Positions 60,331-64,000 of a stretch of 64,000 bases of DNA are shown one piece after another (the stretch's first letter is position 1; every line of letters begins with the position of its first letter). The notes beneath the pieces are model-generated. The model was given only the letters and a program-made list of their open reading frames with translations. It was not told where the DNA came from and did not search any database. The stretch comes from a virus. The stretch lies in the IMG/VR virus record IMGVR_UViG_3300006735_000018, positions 28,963 to 92,962 of that record. One strand, written 5' to 3'. The translations under genes and the position numbers were made by a program.

Positions 60331-60936
60331 ATGAGTGGATTCGAAGCTTTACAACAAAAACTTATTCAAGCAAAAGCTGTGATGAATAAAGTAGATGGGA
60401 TGCCGTCTAAAATGAATGGTACACAACAAACAATGACAGAGTCATCTAATCCTAATTTACCACCTGTTTCTAATAATTTTAATGCTGAAAGTATTAATAA
60501 TGTTATTAGTTCTAATAGTGGTTTACAAAAACCAGTAATTACAGAAGAAAAGGTAAAAAACTCAAAGTTACCTGATGCGATAAAAAAACTTATGATTGAC
60601 CACCCAATTCCTGAAGTAAGTTTTGGTAATAATATACCGGATTCATTAATTGAGGGTGCTGCTGAAAAAATGAAAAAATTATCAGGTTTGGGCACTTCTG
60701 AACCATCTTTTAGTACAAATAAAAAACAAACCTCAAAACCTAAAACACAAAAACTAACTCAAAGTTCACTTAAAAACTTAGTTAAAGAAACTATTAAGGA
60801 ATCTTTAGATGAGTTAATCGAAGAAAGAATAACAAAAAGAATTGTAGAAAGTAATAATCTAAACGAGTCTATTCGGTTAGTTGTTGGTAATACCGTTTTT
60901 GAAGGTAAGATATTAACTACTAAAAAAATTAACTAG
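60331..60936 (+). CDS. Hypothetical protein
   Basis: 201 aa; SKLPDAIKKLMIDHPI and a C-terminal VGNTVFEGKI. Confidence 0.6.
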   Translation: MSGFEALQQKLIQAKAVMNKVDGMPSKMNGTQQTMTESSNPNLPPVSNNFNAESINNVISSNSGLQKPVITEEKVKNSKLPDAIKKLMIDHPIPEVSFGNNIPDSLIEGAAEKMKKLSGLGTSEPSFSTNKKQTSKPKTQKLTQSSLKNLVKETIKESLDELIEERITKRIVESNNLNESIRLVVGNTVFEGKILTTKKIN

Positions 60937-60943
60937 TCTACCT

Positions 60944-60972
60944 TTGACTATATCAATCGTTAGTCTTATTCT
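60944..60972 (+). promoter_or_regulatory. Sigma70-type promoter for the glycosyltransferase operon
   Basis: TTGACT-17 nt-TATTCT just before the ATG at 60979. Confidence 0.6.
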
Positions 60973-60978
60973 TTTGTT

Positions 60979-62214
60979 ATGAATAAACCAAAGTATAAAA
61001 TTTTAGTATTACCTAGTGATAGAACTGGGGTAAGTAAATTTAGGTCGGTAGACCCTCATGTTCATTTACAAAAAATGTATCCTGAAGAATTTTGGGTTGA
61101 TGTCGATTATCAACCAAAATTAGAAGACGAGAACTGGTTGAGTCAGTATGATTTAGTGTTATATCACAGGTCTTTGACTCCTGATTTTGCTAGGTCACAT
61201 GAAGCTGTTAAAAGATTAAAAAAATTAGGAATTCCTTCTATTTGTGATTTAGATGATTATTGGGCACCAACAGTGGACCACCCGGCTCACGCAATTGTTA
61301 AACAAAATCAACTAGACCACCATATAAAAGAAAGTTTAAAAGCAGCAGAAAACATTTCAACAACAACAAAAGTTTTTGCTCAAGAAATGAAAGGATTTTG
61401 TGATAATATATTTGTATTTCCTAACGCTATAAATCCAACTGAAAAACAATTCCAACCTAAAAAAATAGAGTCTAATCGTGTTAGAGTTGGTTGGTTGGGT
61501 GGTTCTTCACATTTAGCTGATTTAGAAATTTTACGTGGATTACCGGGTAAATTAAATGGAACACATAAAGATAAGTTTCAATTTGTTTTATGTGGTTATG
61601 ATTTAAGAGGTAATGTCACAATGATTAACCCAGAAACTGGACAACAACAAACTAGAGATATAGAACCTCACGAATCTGTATGGTATTTGTTTGAAAAAAT
61701 ATTTACCGATGATTTTAGAATTTTATCAAAAGAATATAGTGAATTTTTACATAAATGGAAAAAAGGTAAGTTTGTTAATGAGGAAGATTCTCCTTATAAA
61801 AGAGTTTGGACTAAACCTATTACCACATATGCTGCTAACTATAATAATTTTGATATTTCTTTAGCCCCATTAAAAGAACACATGTTTAATAAAGTTAAAT
61901 CACAATTAAAAGTTATTGAAGCTGGGTTTCATAAAAAAGCTTTAATAGCCCAAAACTTTGGTCCATACCAAATAGATTGTATTAACGCTATAGAAAGAGG
62001 TGGTGGTATAAATAGTAAGGGTAATTGTTTACTAGTTGACTCACATAGAAACCACAAACAGTGGTACCAATACACTAAAAAATTAATAGATAACCCTTCA
62101 CTAGTAGAGGACTTGGGTGAAAAATTATATGAGGCTGTAGCTCCAAAATACCACATAGATGTGACTACAAAATATAGAGCTGAGGTTTATAGAGAATTAA
62201 TAAGAAAATCATAA
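60979..62214 (+). CDS. Glycosyltransferase (GT-B fold, GT4-like)
   Basis: DLDDYW, VFPNAI, RVGWLGGSSHLADL and DISLAPL...FNKVKSQLKVIEAG. Confidence 0.85.
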   Translation: MNKPKYKILVLPSDRTGVSKFRSVDPHVHLQKMYPEEFWVDVDYQPKLEDENWLSQYDLVLYHRSLTPDFARSHEAVKRLKKLGIPSICDLDDYWAPTVDHPAHAIVKQNQLDHHIKESLKAAENISTTTKVFAQEMKGFCDNIFVFPNAINPTEKQFQPKKIESNRVRVGWLGGSSHLADLEILRGLPGKLNGTHKDKFQFVLCGYDLRGNVTMINPETGQQQTRDIEPHESVWYLFEKIFTDDFRILSKEYSEFLHKWKKGKFVNEEDSPYKRVWTKPITTYAANYNNFDISLAPLKEHMFNKVKSQLKVIEAGFHKKALIAQNFGPYQIDCINAIERGGGINSKGNCLLVDSHRNHKQWYQYTKKLIDNPSLVEDLGEKLYEAVAPKYHIDVTTKYRAEVYRELIRKS

Positions 62215-62224
62215 AAATTAAAAA

Positions 62225-62404
62225 ATGGCAGTAGAAATTAATATTATGGAAAATGGACCAATTTTGGTCAAAGGTGAAACCACAGTAAAAAAAGGTGGTA
62301 AAGAAGTAACAGTAAGTGAAAATTACGCGTTGTGTAGATGTGGCAAATCTAAAAATCAACCAATGTGTGATGGAGCACATAAAGAAACTAATTTTAAAGG
62401 ATAA
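62225..62404 (+). CDS. CDGSH iron-sulfur (2Fe-2S) domain protein (59 aa, missed by ORF track)
   Basis: MAVEINIMENGPILVKG...YALCRCGKSKNQPMCDGAHKETNFKG*; matches C-x-C-x2-S-x3-P-x-C-D-G-[SAT]-H exactly. Confidence 0.9.
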   Translation: MAVEINIMENGPILVKGETTVKKGGKEVTVSENYALCRCGKSKNQPMCDGAHKETNFKG

Positions 62405-62408
62405 AAAT

Positions 62409-62639
62409 ATGTACTATCAAGCAATCGTAGCGTTCGACACCGGAAATGTCGATAACAATGGAAACCCCAAAGTTAAAAAATTTAAATATGTTGTAGAATC
62501 AGAGTCAGTTTTTGAAGCTAACAAAAGACTAGCTCATTATTTATCAGAGGATACTAGAGACTCAGAAGTTATATCAGTAGTTAAAGCTCCTTATGAAGAT
62601 ATTTTACATCCAGAACTAACACCAAACTACTATAAGTAA
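62409..62639 (+). CDS. DUF4494-like small protein
   Basis: MYYQAIVAFDTG..DNNG..KVKKFKYVVESESVFEA. The ORF-track start at 62316 overlaps the CDGSH gene, so the ATG at 62409 is preferred. Confidence 0.55.
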   Translation: MYYQAIVAFDTGNVDNNGNPKVKKFKYVVESESVFEANKRLAHYLSEDTRDSEVISVVKAPYEDILHPELTPNYYK

Positions 62640-62671
62640 ATTAGAGTATATTTATAATAAAAACAATTATT

Positions 62672-62962
62672 ATGAATTTCTTTAAAAACATGTTAAGTAG
62701 TGAAGGTAAAGTCTCTAGTAAGAGATTTGTTACTTTCGTATGTCTTCTATTTATGTTAATAGGATACACAGCTAATCTATTCTGGGATTTTACTATCGAG
62801 GAAAATTTATTTCAATCACTACAGTGGATTGTAATGGCTGGTCTTGGTTTTACAGCTGCAGAGAATTTTTCACCTAAAGGTGAGGAGGTTGTAGAAGAAG
62901 AACCAGAACCAACTAGAACAACTGTGACTCACGAATATTATGATGATGAAGAAGACTACTAA
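62672..62962 (+). CDS. Two-TM membrane protein (possible holin-like)
   Basis: SSKRF followed by two hydrophobic helices and an acidic C-terminal tail; TATTTAT upstream at 62649-62655. Confidence 0.55.
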   Translation: MNFFKNMLSSEGKVSSKRFVTFVCLLFMLIGYTANLFWDFTIEENLFQSLQWIVMAGLGFTAAENFSPKGEEVVEEEPEPTRTTVTHEYYDDEEDY

Positions 62963-62967
62963 AAAAC

Positions 62968-62995
62968 AAAAACCACTCGAAAGAGTGGTTTTTTT
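62968..62995. terminator. Bidirectional terminator with a GAAA tetraloop
   Basis: AAAAACCACTC-GAAA-GAGTGGTTTTT between convergent transcripts. Confidence 0.85.
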
Positions 62996-63013
62996 ATTTA
63001 ATATGGTTTTTGT

Positions 63014-63079
63014 TTAACAGTCACAACACGTACAATCACAACTTGTTTCACATTTACATTTTTCACAATTACATTTCAT
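63014..63079 (-). CDS. Metallothionein-like peptide (21 aa, 9 Cys; missed by ORF track)
   Basis: ATG at 63079: MKCNCEKCKCETSCDCTCCDC*. It has an A-rich leader and lies between the upstream stop (63093) and the terminator. Confidence 0.72.
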   Translation of the reverse strand: MKCNCEKCKCETSCDCTCCDC

Positions 63080-63092
63080 AATATTTACTTTT

Positions 63093-63359
63093 TTAATTTA
63101 CTGAATCACAATAGTATCTAACTAAAGTCATAACATCCCCGTGACATCTTGCACAACTTCTATTACCTACCATTTTTTCTTCTTTATTAATTTCTGGACA
63201 TAATTTATCTAACTCACCTAAAAATTCATTATCTGTCATTGATTGTTTAATTTTACCAGCAATATTTCCTGGAATCATATTTGGCCCGGTAAGTATCTGT
63301 TCTTTTACTATTTTTTCTATAGTATTTATCAATTCTGATTCTTTTAATTTAATATTCAC
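63093..63359 (-). CDS. Small protein with a leader and a CxxCH motif
   Basis: MNIKLKESELINTIEKIVKEQ...LC...SCARCH...YC. Confidence 0.65.
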   Translation of the reverse strand: MNIKLKESELINTIEKIVKEQILTGPNMIPGNIAGKIKQSMTDNEFLGELDKLCPEINKEEKMVGNRSCARCHGDVMTLVRYYCDSVN

Positions 63360-63997
63360 CTTAAATATTTTTTTAAATTTTGTTTTAGTATGTTTTCAAA
63401 TATACCCATACCGTCAGCTGTATAATCTGGGTCTGCTGATTGATTCGATATGTTTACATTATATGTAGTTCCAGTAGTATCGTCTTCATCTAACTCATCT
63501 TCCCCCAAATCATACTTATCAGTTGGTTTTGCGATACCTAAACCCATACCTTGATTATTACCGAACCCTAACATCATTTGTTCTTTTACAATTTTTTCTA
63601 TTGTATCTATTAATACTGACTCCCTAACTTGGATTATGTCCGTTTCTTCTTCCCACCAATCAACTGGAGAACCCTTTCTATATGAAAAGTCATAATCATC
63701 ATCTTCCCACCTATCAACTGGGGAACTCTTTCTATCACCTGACCACTCTAAACACCTATTAACACCCGGTTTGTAACCATGGTTTTGATTTCCGTTGTGT
63801 CTTATACAACGATTATTACCACCGTCATATATACTATCTTCTGGTTCAGTATCTAAACATTCATTATATGACATACATCCAGGTGTACCACTATGTGAAC
63901 CGTCTCTTGCCATTCTACAAGCAGTTCTACCACTTCTTCCTCTATTCCAACACTCAAACCTTTCATTAATTATACTTTCACTTATTGACTTATCCAT
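63356..63997 (-). CDS. Hypothetical protein with Cys mini-domains (possibly 5'-truncated by the window edge)
   Basis: The frame is open to the window end. It contains a C..C..C..C module and an internal IIQVRESVLIDTIEKIVKEQ. Confidence 0.6.
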   Translation of the reverse strand: MDKSISESIINERFECWNRGRSGRTACRMARDGSHSGTPGCMSYNECLDTEPEDSIYDGGNNRCIRHNGNQNHGYKPGVNRCLEWSGDRKSSPVDRWEDDDYDFSYRKGSPVDWWEEETDIIQVRESVLIDTIEKIVKEQMMLGFGNNQGMGLGIAKPTDKYDLGEDELDEDDTTGTTYNVNISNQSADPDYTADGMGIFENILKQNLKKYLR

Positions 63998-64000
63998 TGA

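Noticed and set aside
62316-62408. ORF-track N-terminal extension of 62316..62639
   Set aside because: It overlaps the clear CDGSH gene in another frame; the ATG at 62409 is the plausible start.
1-64000. Stop-codon reassignment (as in some Bacteroidota phages)
   Set aside because: Long genes are intact under code 11, and TAG and TGA end recognisable genes at sensible positions (e.g. nrdJ, SNF2, polB).
1-64000. tRNA or rRNA genes
   Set aside because: The intergenic regions are short and AT-rich, and I recognised no cloverleaf or T-loop signatures by eye; tRNAscan-SE would be needed to confirm.

Overview
This 64 kb window is an AT-rich (about 30% GC by eye) segment of a large, distantly T4-like myophage, most likely infecting a Bacteroidota host. 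The host call rests on TAnnTTTG promoters, A-rich leaders without Shine-Dalgarno sequences, a Bacteroidota-style outer-membrane beta-barrel and a DUF4494-like gene. The window holds a contractile-tail, baseplate and neck module (gp6, gp25, LysM/gp53-like, a 2106-aa hub with an M23 peptidase, tape measure, tail chaperone, tube, a 1369-aa sheath, gp13/14/15-like, fibres). It also holds a replication module (class II RNR NrdJ, DnaB, 5'-3' exonuclease, FKBP PPIase, RecA/UvsX, gp32-like SSB, PolB, SNF2 helicase). I saw no capsid, portal, terminase, tRNA, CRISPR array or integrase. Family calls come from motif recognition by eye, not from database searches. The most interesting signals are: (1) about a dozen unrelated proteins share an amphipathic leader ending in I/L/V-x-E, several behind a TATTTAT promoter motif, suggesting a capsid-targeted, protease-matured cargo system that includes a WYL protein, a HAD phosphatase, a transglycosylase-PG-binding-tyrosine-phosphatase fusion and Cys-rich mini-domains; (2) small metal-binding genes missed by the ORF track, namely a 21-aa 9-Cys metallothionein-like peptide, a CDGSH 2Fe-2S protein and a zinc ribbon next to nrdJ; (3) a probable +1/-2 frameshift at TTT-TTT-CGT in the tail chaperone; (4) pervasive [S/T]-G-x-T motifs in virion proteins alongside a phage glycosyltransferase.
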